The notes: generated by a model not told the origin, from the letters alone. Shown: positions 1 through 8,836, numbered from the stretch's first letter. The stretch: 38,582 nucleotides of DNA from Myxococcales bacterium (GCA_036393595.1 DASWGQ010000373.1:1-38582); one strand, 5' to 3'. Made by a program: numbers and translations.

Positions 1-1
1 C

Positions 2-175
2 GGGCAGGGGCCGCGTTGGGCGGTGAGCACGGAGACGTTCGAGGCGATGCGCTTCTGGTTCCCCATCGCCGCCGCCGCCGTCTGCTCGTACCTGGGCAAC
101 CGCTTCGGCGCGCGGCTCCGGGCGCGCTACGCTCCGCCGGCGCTCGCTCCCGTCGCACGGAACGCGAAGCTCTGA
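2..175 (+). CDS. 3' end of an unidentified, probably membrane-associated protein (truncated by the window edge)
   Basis: Frame is open from the window edge to TGA at 173-175. Almost every third codon position is G/C. It ends ...FEAMRFWFPIAAAAVCSYLGNRFGARLRARYAPPALAPVARNAKL, with one hydrophobic helix. No family is recognisable. It is absent from the ORF track because there is no in-window start. Confidence 0.35.
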   Translation, partial: GQGPRWAVSTETFEAMRFWFPIAAAAVCSYLGNRFGARLRARYAPPALAPVARNAKL

Positions 176-191
176 TCGAGCGCCGCCTCCC

Positions 192-1040
192 TCAGTAGCG
201 GTGGAACTCGCCGCGGGCGACGATCACCGCGGAGCCGGCCACCTCGACGCGCTCCACCCGGTCGGCGGACCCGGTCACGCGCGCCCGCAGCAGCGACGGA
301 CGCCCGATCTCGGCGCCCTGCCGGATCTCGATCTCGTCTCCGAAGGCGATGCGCCCGTGCCGCGCGAGGTGCAAGGCCAGCGGCCCCGCGGCCGAGCCGG
401 TGGCGGGATCCTCGGCCACGCCGAGCGCGGGCGCGAACATCCGCGTCTTCCACCGCTTCCCCGATCCCGCGAAGCAGTTCGCGCCCACCTCCGCCAGGCC
501 GGCGAGCGCGCCCAGGTCCGGGCGGAGCCCGGCCACCTCCGCCTCGCTCTCCAGCTCGACATAGACGTGCACCGGGCCGTTCCTGTAGGCGACGACCGGC
601 AGCCGCGAGCCGCGCACCCTGAGCGCGGCGAGCAGCTCGGCCTCGCGCTCGTACGGGCCCCAGGAGGGGATGGGCTGCTGCATACGGCCGGACACGACCC
701 GACCGCCTTCGCGGCGGAGCTCGACCGGCACGACGCCCACGCCGGTCTCCAGCAGGACCACGTCGCCGGGCAGCGGCTCGCCCACCACGAAGGCGGAGCC
801 GAGCACCGGGTGCCCGGCGAACGGCAGCTCGTGGGCCGGAGTGAAGATGCGGATGCGCGCGTCGCCCCCGCGCTCGGGCGGCAGGACGAAGGTGCACTCG
901 GCGAAGTTCATCTCCCGCGCGAGGCGCTGCATCTGCTCGGCGGAGAGGGCGCGCGCGTCGGTGAACACGCCGAGCTGGTTCCCTTCGAGGGGCGTGTCCG
1001 TGAACACGTCGGCGACGGCGTACGGGAGCGGAGCGGCCAT
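192..1040 (-). CDS. PhzF-family isomerase (phenazine biosynthesis PhzF-like)
   Basis: 282-aa ORF. N-terminus is YAVADVFTDTPLEGNQLGVFTD...NFAECTFV, followed by IRIFTPAHELPFAGHPVLGSAF and the C-terminal EDPATGSAAGPLALHL motif, all typical of the PhzF/DAP-epimerase fold. Confidence 0.85.
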   Translation of the reverse strand: MAAPLPYAVADVFTDTPLEGNQLGVFTDARALSAEQMQRLAREMNFAECTFVLPPERGGDARIRIFTPAHELPFAGHPVLGSAFVVGEPLPGDVVLLETGVGVVPVELRREGGRVVSGRMQQPIPSWGPYEREAELLAALRVRGSRLPVVAYRNGPVHVYVELESEAEVAGLRPDLGALAGLAEVGANCFAGSGKRWKTRMFAPALGVAEDPATGSAAGPLALHLARHGRIAFGDEIEIRQGAEIGRPSLLRARVTGSADRVERVEVAGSAVIVARGEFHRY

Positions 1041-1086
1041 CTCCGTTCTATATAGCCGGTTTCCTGCGGAAATGAGGGCCGATCAG

Positions 1087-1863
1087 CTAGCGCGGAGCGC
1101 TCGTCACCGGCTCTTCGAAGACGTCCAGCCGACCGAACACCCCGATGGCCGTCGCGCTGCGCCCCCGCGCCTCTCCGTTGGTCGCCGCCGCGACCTTGCG
1201 CGAGTCCGGAGACCAGCTCACCTGGAACGACAAGTCGTTGCGCGCGCAGGTGGACGCGGAAAACGCGAGCAGCTGCGCTTCGCCTCCCTTCGCCCTGCGC
1301 AGAACGTACCGAAGCCGCTCGGTACGGCACCCGCGCGCGTCGTTCTTGCCCGCCGTGCGGTCGATCACGAGCGCGGTCATGCCATCCGGCGAGGCGCACT
1401 TCCCGTGCGCGCCGTCGACACGGCACACCGGTGTCAGCGCTCCGGCTTTCGACAGCCGCGCCGCGCCCTCGTCCGCCGGACCGGCCGCGTCGTACCCGGT
1501 CACCGCCGGATCCTCCGCCGAACAGCCTGCTTTGATCCGAGCGGCTTGCAGCGGACCTTCGATGGGGCGCGTCTCGAAGTCCTGGTGTCCCTCGGCGGCG
1601 ATGCGGAAGGCCTCGGTTCCCGTGGGGCCGCGCAAGAACAGGACTTGCGTGCGCCAGCTCAGGCTGGAACCGCAGTCCAGATCGTCCCCAGAGGAACGCG
1701 CTTCATAGGCAAGCACGCCCGGGGGCGACCACCCCCGAAGATCGATGCGCCGGTAGTAGCGTCCGGCACGCCCGGCCGGATCGAGTGGGTCTGGATCGAG
1801 CGCCAGTCCTCGCGACGCCGACTCCGCCAGCGCCAGCGCTGCGGCGATCGCGAGCAGCCGCAA
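1087..1863 (-). CDS. Secreted Cys-rich hypothetical protein; candidate immunity partner of the upstream spike-effector
   Basis: 258-aa ORF with a TTG start 3 nt after the TAA of the spike gene. A GAGGGAG Shine-Dalgarno lies inside the end of that gene. Sec-type signal MRLLAIAAALALA|ES, eight Cys, and one PD40/TolB-like 'SWSPDSRKVAA' motif. No family recognised. Confidence 0.7.
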   Translation of the reverse strand: MRLLAIAAALALAESASRGLALDPDPLDPAGRAGRYYRRIDLRGWSPPGVLAYEARSSGDDLDCGSSLSWRTQVLFLRGPTGTEAFRIAAEGHQDFETRPIEGPLQAARIKAGCSAEDPAVTGYDAAGPADEGAARLSKAGALTPVCRVDGAHGKCASPDGMTALVIDRTAGKNDARGCRTERLRYVLRRAKGGEAQLLAFSASTCARNDLSFQVSWSPDSRKVAAATNGEARGRSATAIGVFGRLDVFEEPVTSAPR

Positions 1864-1866
1864 TGG

Positions 1867-4638
1867 TTACTCTCCCTCGATCTTGTAGAAGCGCCCGATG
1901 CGCGGGTCCTCGTACGCGTTCCAGGCGCGTTGCACGCGGGAGACGCCGCCCGCGTTGGCGGTGAGGATCGTGTACTTGACGACGTTGTCCGCCGCGTCTC
2001 TCTGCAGGTCCACGATGAAGAAGGAGTGCCCCGCGTTGCGATCGTCGGCCTCGAGCGAAGCGTCGTTCTCGTGTTTCCAGCCTTGCACGCAGTCGCCCAC
2101 CCGCAGCTTGTTCACCAGCTTCTGCAGCTTGCGAGATTTGACGCGCCGCTTGCGCTCGTTGGGCGAGATCGTCTCGTTCTTTGCCTTGCGCTCGTCCTCG
2201 ATCTCGTCCTCGGCGGCCTTCTGCTCGTCCGCCGAGAGCTGGATCTTCTGGCCCACGCCGAGATCGATGACCACGCCGGTGCTGCCATCCGGATGGTCGT
2301 TGCGGTCTGGGACGATCTCCCAGGCGGATTCGTACTTGCCGCAGGTCCGGTCGATCGCGAGATCGAGGTCGCCGATTTGCCCGCGCGTCGCCCAGAAGAA
2401 TGCGGCGAGCGTCGACGACGAGCAGTCGGTCTGCCAGTGCGGCTTGTCGCTCGCGCTTCCGGTGGTGACGAACCAGGTGTCACCGAACGCAATGCCCACC
2501 GGGAAGACCTTGGGCGGATTCGCCAGCCGGTCCGCTTGCGATGCGTACTTCACACCCTGGCCGGCCCAGTAGTCGAGCGTGGCAACGCATCTGCCGGCGA
2601 GCGCCTTGCTCGACATCGGATCGTCGCTGAACGTCGCCTCCTTCACGCGCACTCCTTCGTACCTGTACGGTTCGGGGAGGTCGTTCTTCTCCAGCAGCGC
2701 AAGGTCGAGCAAGGCCGCGGTGAGGCGGTCGAACTTGCCGGTCGCGACCAGGTCGGACTTGACCTTCCCCACCGTGGAGAGCCTGGCATCCAGCCCGGAA
2801 TCGGCGAGCTGCGCGTTCTGGAATGCCTTCACGTACTGGGCGAGGGAATCGTTGTAGACGTCCATCGCCGACACGGCGGCGTTTCCGTTCCAGAAGAGGC
2901 CCAGGCGGATGCAGCGGATGGCCGGCCCGCGCGGGGACCCGACCTTGAACGGTTCCGATGCGTCGTTCGCCATCCAGTCGTCCAGGTGGCCGCGGGCCAG
3001 CGCGCAGGAGGCGAGCTTGTAGACGAGTGGCCCCGGGGGCGCGATCTCGAGCGTCGCTTGCGCCTTGACTGCCGCCCCGCCGCCCTTCGGCACTGCGGTG
3101 AAGGTGTACGCGATCTTCCTGTCCGGCGCCGCGGCCGCGTCGCTCTCCGAAACCACCAGGGAGAGATCGCCGCTGGGCACCGCGAGATGCGCCACGTCGA
3201 GAGGAGCCGGCACGCCGGTTGCCGGGTCGAGCGAGAGTGAGTCGCAGTCCCCTTGCACCGTCCAGCTGAGCTTCACCGCCTGGCCGGGCAGGACCCGGTC
3301 TCGCTCGAGCTTGGCGGAGATGGTCACCGCCGTGGGCTGCGGCTGAGCAGTACCCGCCGCGCCAGGCTGCGGACCCGCGGGAGCTTGGGTCTGCGCCGGC
3401 GGCGATGCGGCCGCAGGCGCCTGCGTGGAGCCCGCTGCTGGGGCTTGCGCCTGCGTCGAGCCCGTGGTCCCTGCCGCGGCCGGAGGTTGTCCGGCTGCGG
3501 CCGACGGCTGGGCGGCTGCCGGCTGCGAGGCAGCCTGTGCGCCTCCAGCCTCGGCGGCCGCTGGTTGTCCTTGGGGAGCCGCGGCTCCCGCGGCGCCTGC
3601 TTGTGCCTGCGGAGCTGCCGCCGCGGGCGCGCCGGGAGCCTGGCTGGGAGCGGTTGCCGCCCCGGCAGCTGCCTGCGGCGGGGCAGGTGCGGCCCCGGGC
3701 GGCAGGGCGCCCGCCGGTATCGCGCCGGATGCCAGGGTCGCGGCGGGAGCGGCGACGTCGTGCGTCGGCACAACGGCAGAGCCGGCCGCGGCGCCCGCGG
3801 CAGCTCCAGCGGCGGCGCCCGCGCCGGCGCCGCCCGCCCCCGCGCCCGCGGCAGCTCCCGCCGCCGCGCCCGCCACTGCGCCCTTCGCTCCGCCCGTCAC
3901 TGCTCCGGCGATCGCGCCCGCCACCGCGCCGGCCAGCGCCGCGACGCTCAGCGACGACGGGTTGATCTGCACCTGGCTGCCTTTGAGCGTGAACGTTCCA
4001 CCCGCCTTCATCGCTGCGTCGCCGCCGACCTTCAGGTCGAACTTGTCGCTCACGTCGACCTTGGCGTTCTTGCTCGCGTGGACCTCGAGGTCCTCGCAGC
4101 GCATGGCGATCTTCTTCTTCGCCCGCAGCTCGACGCAGCCTTCCTTCGCCTCGATGAGCAGCTTCTTGGCCTTGACGTCGAAGGTGAGGACGCGCTTCCC
4201 CGTCCCGTCGCAGATGGTGATCTTCTCCTCGCCGTCCTTGTCCGACAGGGCGATCTGGTGCCCGGACCTGGTCTGGATCATCCGCGTGCTGTTGTCGTCG
4301 GCGTAGGCGTCCTTCATCGGCTTGTCTTTGGCGTTCCACAGGCCGCGGATCACGTACGGACGGTTCGGCTGGCCCATCTCGAAGGCGACCAGGACCTCGT
4401 CGCTCACCTCAGGCAGCCAGTAGAACCCGCGCCCCGGACCGCCGGCCGGCTGGACCACGCGCGCCCAGTCCGACTCGGGCATTCCCGAAAGCCGCGGAAA
4501 GCACACCTTGACCCGGCCGAGCTTCTGCGGGTCCTTCACGTTGGTGACGAGGGCGACCTCGACGCCGAAGATGGTGGCCGAGCCCGTCGAGGCGACCTTC
4601 CCCGCCCCTTGCATCTGGCCGAACAGGTTCTCGTCCAC
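1867..4638 (-). CDS. gpV/gp5-type spike (VgrG-like OB-fold plus beta-helix, no gp27 module) fused to an Ala/Pro/Gln linker, a beta-sandwich region, a PG-binding-like segment and a papain-like (NlpC/P60-type) Cys/His domain
   Basis: Real start is probably GTG at 4638, with GGGAGGGGGG 6 nt upstream; an ATG at 4614 is the alternative. The N-terminus FGVEVALVTNVKDPQKLGRVKVCFPRL...DWARVVQPAGGPGRGFYWLPEVSDEVLVAFEMGQPNRPYVIRGLWN is the gp5/gpV OB-fold signature. It is followed by beta-helix-like repeats (KITICDG..LTFDVK..LLIEAK..VELRAKKKIAMRCEDLEVHASKNAKVDVSDKFDLKVGGDAAMKAGGTFTLKG). The C-terminal part has TDCSSSTLAAFFW (Cys codon 2422-2424) and LRVGDCVQGW...AGHSFFIVD (His codon 2026-2028). The upstream 503 aa of track ORF 1867..6147 are antisense to the M28 gene and are not coding. 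Confidence 0.85.
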   Translation of the reverse strand: MDENLFGQMQGAGKVASTGSATIFGVEVALVTNVKDPQKLGRVKVCFPRLSGMPESDWARVVQPAGGPGRGFYWLPEVSDEVLVAFEMGQPNRPYVIRGLWNAKDKPMKDAYADDNSTRMIQTRSGHQIALSDKDGEEKITICDGTGKRVLTFDVKAKKLLIEAKEGCVELRAKKKIAMRCEDLEVHASKNAKVDVSDKFDLKVGGDAAMKAGGTFTLKGSQVQINPSSLSVAALAGAVAGAIAGAVTGGAKGAVAGAAAGAAAGAGAGGAGAGAAAGAAAGAAAGSAVVPTHDVAAPAATLASGAIPAGALPPGAAPAPPQAAAGAATAPSQAPGAPAAAAPQAQAGAAGAAAPQGQPAAAEAGGAQAASQPAAAQPSAAAGQPPAAAGTTGSTQAQAPAAGSTQAPAAASPPAQTQAPAGPQPGAAGTAQPQPTAVTISAKLERDRVLPGQAVKLSWTVQGDCDSLSLDPATGVPAPLDVAHLAVPSGDLSLVVSESDAAAAPDRKIAYTFTAVPKGGGAAVKAQATLEIAPPGPLVYKLASCALARGHLDDWMANDASEPFKVGSPRGPAIRCIRLGLFWNGNAAVSAMDVYNDSLAQYVKAFQNAQLADSGLDARLSTVGKVKSDLVATGKFDRLTAALLDLALLEKNDLPEPYRYEGVRVKEATFSDDPMSSKALAGRCVATLDYWAGQGVKYASQADRLANPPKVFPVGIAFGDTWFVTTGSASDKPHWQTDCSSSTLAAFFWATRGQIGDLDLAIDRTCGKYESAWEIVPDRNDHPDGSTGVVIDLGVGQKIQLSADEQKAAEDEIEDERKAKNETISPNERKRRVKSRKLQKLVNKLRVGDCVQGWKHENDASLEADDRNAGHSFFIVDLQRDAADNVVKYTILTANAGGVSRVQRAWNAYEDPRIGRFYKIEGE
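3334..3957 (-). repeat. Low-complexity Ala/Pro/Gln/Gly-encoding linker inside the spike gene (degenerate short repeats such as AGSTQAQAP / AAGAAAG)
   Basis: About 208 codons made almost only of GCN/CCN/CAG/GGN. The protein reads ...AALAGAVAGAIAGAVTGGAKGAVAGAAAGAAAGAGAGGAGAG...GSTQAQAPAAGSTQAPAAASPPAQTQAPAGPQPGAAGTAQPQPT. Confidence 0.8.
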
Positions 4639-4731
4639 GTCCCCCCTCCCGCGTCCCTGCTCTATGGTGAACCAGCGAAGGCGATCGGTCAACCGGCCCG
4701 AGTGGATTTCGAGCGCGCGGCGGCTCGGGCT

Positions 4732-6141
4732 ATGCGAGAGTGCGCCGCCGAAGGAGGCCACGTGCTCGCGCTCATCGCTCTTCTCGCAGCACCGCCCTAC
4801 TCGCCCGAGGTCGCCGCCCGCCTGGTCGGCGGCGCGCTCACCGACGGCGTCACGTACGCCCGGGTGGCGGAGCTGACGGACGGAATCGGCGCCCGCCTCT
4901 CCGGCTCCCCAGGAGCGGAAGCCGCCGTGAAATGGGCGCTGCAGCGGTTTCGCGACGACGGGCTGGAGGTCCGGGCCGAGCCGGTCAAGGTGCCGCACTG
5001 GGTCCGCGGCGAGGAGCGCGCCGAGGTGCTCCCGGCCCGCGGACGCGCGGGCCACCAGCTCGCGGCGACCGCGCTGGGCGGCAGCCCGGGCACCGCGGCG
5101 GGCGGCCTGACCGCCGAGGTGGTCGAGGTGCGCTCCATCGCGGAGCTGCAGGCGCTGGGCGACAAGGCGCGCGGCAAGATGGTGTTCTTCAACCATTCCA
5201 TGTCCACCGCGGGCGGAAAGACCGGGTACGGCGATGCGTCGCCCCTGCGCAACCGCGGCCCGGCCGAAGCGGCGAAGCTCGGCGCCGCCGGAGCGCTGGT
5301 GCGCTCGCTCGCCACGGCATCCCTGCGCGATCCGCACACCGGCGCGACGACGTTCGAGGCCGGCGCGCCAAAAGTACCCGCGGCGGCGCTCGCGGTGGAA
5401 GACGCCGAGCTCTTGCACCGCCTCCTGCAGCGCGGTCCGGTGCAGGTCCGCCTGGGGCTCGGCTGCCGCACCCTGCCCGACGCCGACTCGGCCAACGTGG
5501 TCGCCGACGTGCGCGGCCGCGAGAAGCCGGAGGAGGTGGTGCTGCTCGGTGCGCACCTCGATTCGTGGGACCTTGCCCAGGGCGCGGTCGACGACGCGGC
5601 GGGGGTCGCGGTGGTCATGGAGGCCGCGCGGCTCATCGCGCAGCTGCCCCAGCGCCCGCGGCGCACCGTCCGCGCGGTGCTCTTCATGAACGAGGAGAAC
5701 GGCCTCGCCGGCGCAAAGGCGTACGCGCAGGCGCACGCCGCCGAGGCGGACCGGCACGTGGCCGCGCTCGAGTCCGATGCGGGCGCGGGCCGTCCGCTGA
5801 CGGTCGGCCTGCGCGCGGGCGAAGGCGCGCAGGCGCTCCTCGCGCCTTGGCTCGCGCCGCTCGAGACGCTCGGAGCGGCGGACTTCGGTGGAGAAGCCGG
5901 AGGCGCGGACATCGGCCCGCTGGCGGCGTTCCGGGTCCCGTTCGTGGGCGTGCAGCAGGACGTGAGCCGCTACTTCGACTACCACCACAGCGCCGGGGAC
6001 ACGCTGGACAAGGTGCGCCCGGGCGACCTCGCCCAGACCGCCGCCGCCGTGGCCTGGGTCGCATACGCGCTGGCCGAGATGCCCCAGGCGCTGCCGCGGC
6101 CCAGCGCGCCCGCCGGCCGTCCGTCGGGAGGACGGCCATGA
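4732..6141 (+). CDS. M28-family metallo-aminopeptidase
   Basis: ATG at 4732; an alternative GTG at 4762 lies just after GAAGGAGG. Motifs include [49 protein letters not shown] and [12 protein letters not shown], the M28 zinc ligands. The stop overlaps the next start (ATGA). Confidence 0.85.
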   Translation: MRECAAEGGHVLALIALLAAPPYSPEVAARLVGGALTDGVTYARVAELTDGIGARLSGSPGAEAAVKWALQRFRDDGLEVRAEPVKVPHWVRGEERAEVLPARGRAGHQLAATALGGSPGTAAGGLTAEVVEVRSIAELQALGDKARGKMVFFNHSMSTAGGKTGYGDASPLRNRGPAEAAKLGAAGALVRSLATASLRDPHTGATTFEAGAPKVPAAALAVEDAELLHRLLQRGPVQVRLGLGCRTLPDADSANVVADVRGREKPEEVVLLGAHLDSWDLAQGAVDDAAGVAVVMEAARLIAQLPQRPRRTVRAVLFMNEENGLAGAKAYAQAHAAEADRHVAALESDAGAGRPLTVGLRAGEGAQALLAPWLAPLETLGAADFGGEAGGADIGPLAAFRVPFVGVQQDVSRYFDYHHSAGDTLDKVRPGDLAQTAAAVAWVAYALAEMPQALPRPSAPAGRPSGGRP

Positions 6142-7700
6142 CGGCAATCCTGCGCAGCTACGTCCAGGGACGGTGGATCGAGGGACAGGGCGCTCTCGCC
6201 ACGCTGGTCAATCCGGCCACCGAGGAGCCTCTCGCGCGCACCGGGACGGGCGGGATCGACTTCGCGGCGGCGCTGGAGCACGCGCGCGCGGCCTCGCCCG
6301 CGCTGCGGGAGATGGCCTTCGCCCAGCGAGGCGAAGCGTTGCGGGCCTGGTCCCAGGCGCTGCACGCGCACCGGGACGGGCTGATCAGCCTCGCCATCGC
6401 CAACGGCGGCAACACGCGGGGCGATGCGAAGTTCGACGTCGACGGCGCCATCGCCACCCTCGCCCACTACGCGGACCTGGGCGCGCAGCTGGGGTCCTTG
6501 CGCGCGCTGCGCGACGGCGATGCGGTGCAGCTCGGGCGCACGACGCGCTACGCGGGCGTCCATGTCTGGGTCCCGCGCGACGGGGTGGCGGTGCACATCA
6601 ATGCGTTCAATTTCCCCGCCTGGGGCACCGCGGAGAAGGCCGCGGCGTCGCTGCTCGCCGGGATGCCGATCGTCTCCAAGCCCGCGACCAGCACCGCGCT
6701 GCTCGCGTTCCGGCTCGCCGAGCTGGCCGTCGAGACCGGCGCGCTTCCGCCCGGCGCGTTCACCTTCCTCGCCGGCAGCCCCGGCGATCTGCTCGACCGG
6801 CTCGGGCCGCAGGACGTGGTCGCGTTCACCGGCTCCTCGCAGACGGCCGCAAAGCTGCGCGAGCAGCTCGCGAGGCGCGGGGCGCGCCTGAACGTGGAAG
6901 CCGACAGCCTGAACGCCGCCGTGCTCGGTCCGGACGTCGCGCCCGGCAGCGCCACCTGGGACCTCTTCGTCGCCGACGTGGTGCGCGACGTGACGCAGAA
7001 GGCAGGCCAGAAGTGCACGGCGGTGCGGCGCATCTTCGCCGGCCCGCAGCTCGAGGCCGTTCAGGAGGCGCTGGTCGAGCGCCTCTCCTCGGTCAAGGTC
7101 GGGGACCCCTCGCGTCCCGAGGTGGGCATGGGCCCCCTGTCCACGGCGGACCAGCTCCGCGACGTGCGCGCCGGAATCGCGAAGCTCGCCCGGGAGGCGC
7201 AGACGCTGGTGGGAGGCGACCAGGCCGTCGAGTCGAAGGGGTACTTCGTCGCTCCCACGCTGCTGCTCTCGAAGGACCCCGCTGCCGCCACCGTCGTCCA
7301 CCGTGACGAGGTGTTCGGCCCCGTGGCCACGCTGTGCGCCCTCCCGGGCGGCTCCGCGTCCGCCGCTGCGCGCCTGGCAGCGGGCCTGGTGCAACGAGGC
7401 GGAGGCGGCCTGGTGTGCTCGGTGTACAGCGACGACCGCGACTTCCTGCGCGCGTTCGTGCTCGCGGTCGCGCCCTACCACGGGCGCATCTACCTGGGCA
7501 GCGAGAAGGTCGCCGGCCAGACGATGGGCCCCGGAACCGTGCTCCCGCAGCTCGTCCACGGCGGCCCCGGCCACGCGGGCGGCGGCGAGGAGCTGGGCGG
7601 CCTGCGCGGCCTGCAGCTCTACTCGCAGCGCGTTGCCCTGCAGGGTGACCGTGCGTTGCTCGACGCCGTGGCCCCCGCCCTGGAGAAACGGTCGCCGTAA
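6138..7700 (+). CDS. Aldehyde dehydrogenase of the PaaZ N-domain / BoxD type (3,4-dehydroadipyl-CoA semialdehyde dehydrogenase-like)
   Basis: Motifs [48 protein letters not shown] and [24 protein letters not shown] match the E. coli PaaZ aldehyde dehydrogenase domain. No MaoC hydratase domain follows. Confidence 0.85.
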   Translation: MTAILRSYVQGRWIEGQGALATLVNPATEEPLARTGTGGIDFAAALEHARAASPALREMAFAQRGEALRAWSQALHAHRDGLISLAIANGGNTRGDAKFDVDGAIATLAHYADLGAQLGSLRALRDGDAVQLGRTTRYAGVHVWVPRDGVAVHINAFNFPAWGTAEKAAASLLAGMPIVSKPATSTALLAFRLAELAVETGALPPGAFTFLAGSPGDLLDRLGPQDVVAFTGSSQTAAKLREQLARRGARLNVEADSLNAAVLGPDVAPGSATWDLFVADVVRDVTQKAGQKCTAVRRIFAGPQLEAVQEALVERLSSVKVGDPSRPEVGMGPLSTADQLRDVRAGIAKLAREAQTLVGGDQAVESKGYFVAPTLLLSKDPAAATVVHRDEVFGPVATLCALPGGSASAAARLAAGLVQRGGGGLVCSVYSDDRDFLRAFVLAVAPYHGRIYLGSEKVAGQTMGPGTVLPQLVHGGPGHAGGGEELGGLRGLQLYSQRVALQGDRALLDAVAPALEKRSP

Positions 7701-8606
7701 TTACTGCGCGGAGTGCCACTGCGCGAAGAGCGGCGGGGCCTCGGCGACGAAGTCCTCGTGACGGGGGCGCCAGTCCAGCTCGGTGCGCGCCTTCTCGCTC
7801 GATACCTTCTGATCGAGCGCAAGGGCGTCGGCGAGCAGCCCCATGGTGGACCGCGCCTTGTCCAGCGGCAGCGCGGTCACCTTGCCGTCCTTGCCGGCGG
7901 CGCGGCTGGCCGCCTCGGCGACCTCGCGGACGGTGCGGGTCGAGGCGTCGGTGGCGTGGAAGACGGAGCCCGCCGGCGCGCGCTCCACCAGCCGCACGTA
8001 CAGCTCGGCGAGGTCGTCGACGTGGACGAGCGGCCAGTGGTTCGCGCCTTCGCCGACGATCTGCGCGGCGCCCTGCTTCAGCGCGGTGCCGAACAGCGAG
8101 GCGGGGATTCCGCCGCGGGCTCCGCCGTAGACGATCCCCGGCCGGACCACGACGGAGCGGATGCCTTCCTTGGCGAGCTCCAGCGTCAGCTGCTCGTGCG
8201 CCGGGCGCCAGGCGGCGATCTTCACCGGATTCGTCGGGCTCGACTCGTCCGCCACGGCGCCGGCCGTGTCGCCGAGCACCCAGATGCCGCTCGTGTAGAT
8301 GAACGTCGCACCCACCCTGCCGTGCAGCAGCTCGCGCGCGTTCTGGATGGACTTGCGGTCCAGCTCGACCGACTGCGGCCCGGGATCGCTCGCGCAGTGG
8401 ACGATCGCCTGCACGCCGTACGCCGCCGCGGCGTATCCGGCGGGATTGGCGAGGTCGCCCTGCACCAGCTTCACGCCGGCCGCCTGGAGAGCGGACGCCT
8501 TGTCCTTGTTGCGGACGAGGGCCTGCACGTCGTGTCCCGCCTTCTTGAGGCGCAGGGAGACGGCACTGCCGATGTACCCGGTCCCGCCGGTGACGAACAC
8601 CTTCAT
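7701..8606 (-). CDS. NAD(P)-dependent epimerase/dehydratase-family SDR
   Basis: MKVFVTGGTGYIGSAV Rossmann motif. 301 aa. Its stop directly abuts the stop of the convergent aldehyde dehydrogenase gene (taa|tta). Confidence 0.85.
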   Translation of the reverse strand: MKVFVTGGTGYIGSAVSLRLKKAGHDVQALVRNKDKASALQAAGVKLVQGDLANPAGYAAAAYGVQAIVHCASDPGPQSVELDRKSIQNARELLHGRVGATFIYTSGIWVLGDTAGAVADESSPTNPVKIAAWRPAHEQLTLELAKEGIRSVVVRPGIVYGGARGGIPASLFGTALKQGAAQIVGEGANHWPLVHVDDLAELYVRLVERAPAGSVFHATDASTRTVREVAEAASRAAGKDGKVTALPLDKARSTMGLLADALALDQKVSSEKARTELDWRPRHEDFVAEAPPLFAQWHSAQ

Positions 8607-8824
8607 CGAGCCCCTCCGTGGGGTGGCCGCGTTTCTCTACGCTCGCGCGCGCCCGCCAACAAGAGCGAAGTGGATGACGCCCTCAGTGCCCGCTCCTGAG
8701 ACGACCGTCGCAGCGACTGTATACCTGCCTACGCACCGTCACCGCCGGTGCGCAGCGAAACCGCCGCCGGTGTGTGCTTTACACCTACAGAGAACGCGGG
8801 CATGTGCCCGGAATGTTTCAGGTT

Positions 8825-8836
8825 CGTGACGTCACG
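8825..8836. promoter_or_regulatory. Perfect 12-bp palindrome CGTGACGTCACG in the divergent SDR / lipid-kinase intergenic region
   Basis: Read directly: ...ggttCGTGACGTCACGcggcGTGTCACtg. A further GTGTCAC half-site lies 4 nt downstream, and a GGGCA-TG-TGCCC palindrome lies about 30 nt upstream. Function is unknown; it looks like the site of a dimeric regulator. Confidence 0.25.

Noticed and set aside
670-3240. 856-aa + strand ORF spanning PhzF, the secreted ORF and the spike C-terminus
   Set aside because: It is antisense to three minus-strand genes that have clear protein-like sequences. It has Arg/Pro-rich artefact composition and no motifs.
3334-3957. Repetitive DNA considered as a possible CRISPR array or tandem-repeat locus
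   Set aside because: The repeats are short, degenerate and in frame within a coding linker. There is no regular repeat-spacer periodicity.
3253-6137. Upstream parts of track ORFs 3253..6141 and 4740..7700 (+), plus the small ORFs 3324..3773, 3405..3965 and 3425..4306
   Set aside because: Only the 3' parts are credible: M28 from 4732 and the aldehyde dehydrogenase from 6138. The upstream portions lie over the spike gene and its Ala/Pro linker and translate to poly-Arg/Gly/Ala strings.
4639-6147. N-terminal 503-aa extension of track ORF 1867..6147 (-)
   Set aside because: This part is antisense to the well-supported M28 peptidase gene and reads as Arg/Gly/Ala-rich noise. The gp5/gpV homology begins only after GTG 4638, which has its own strong SD.
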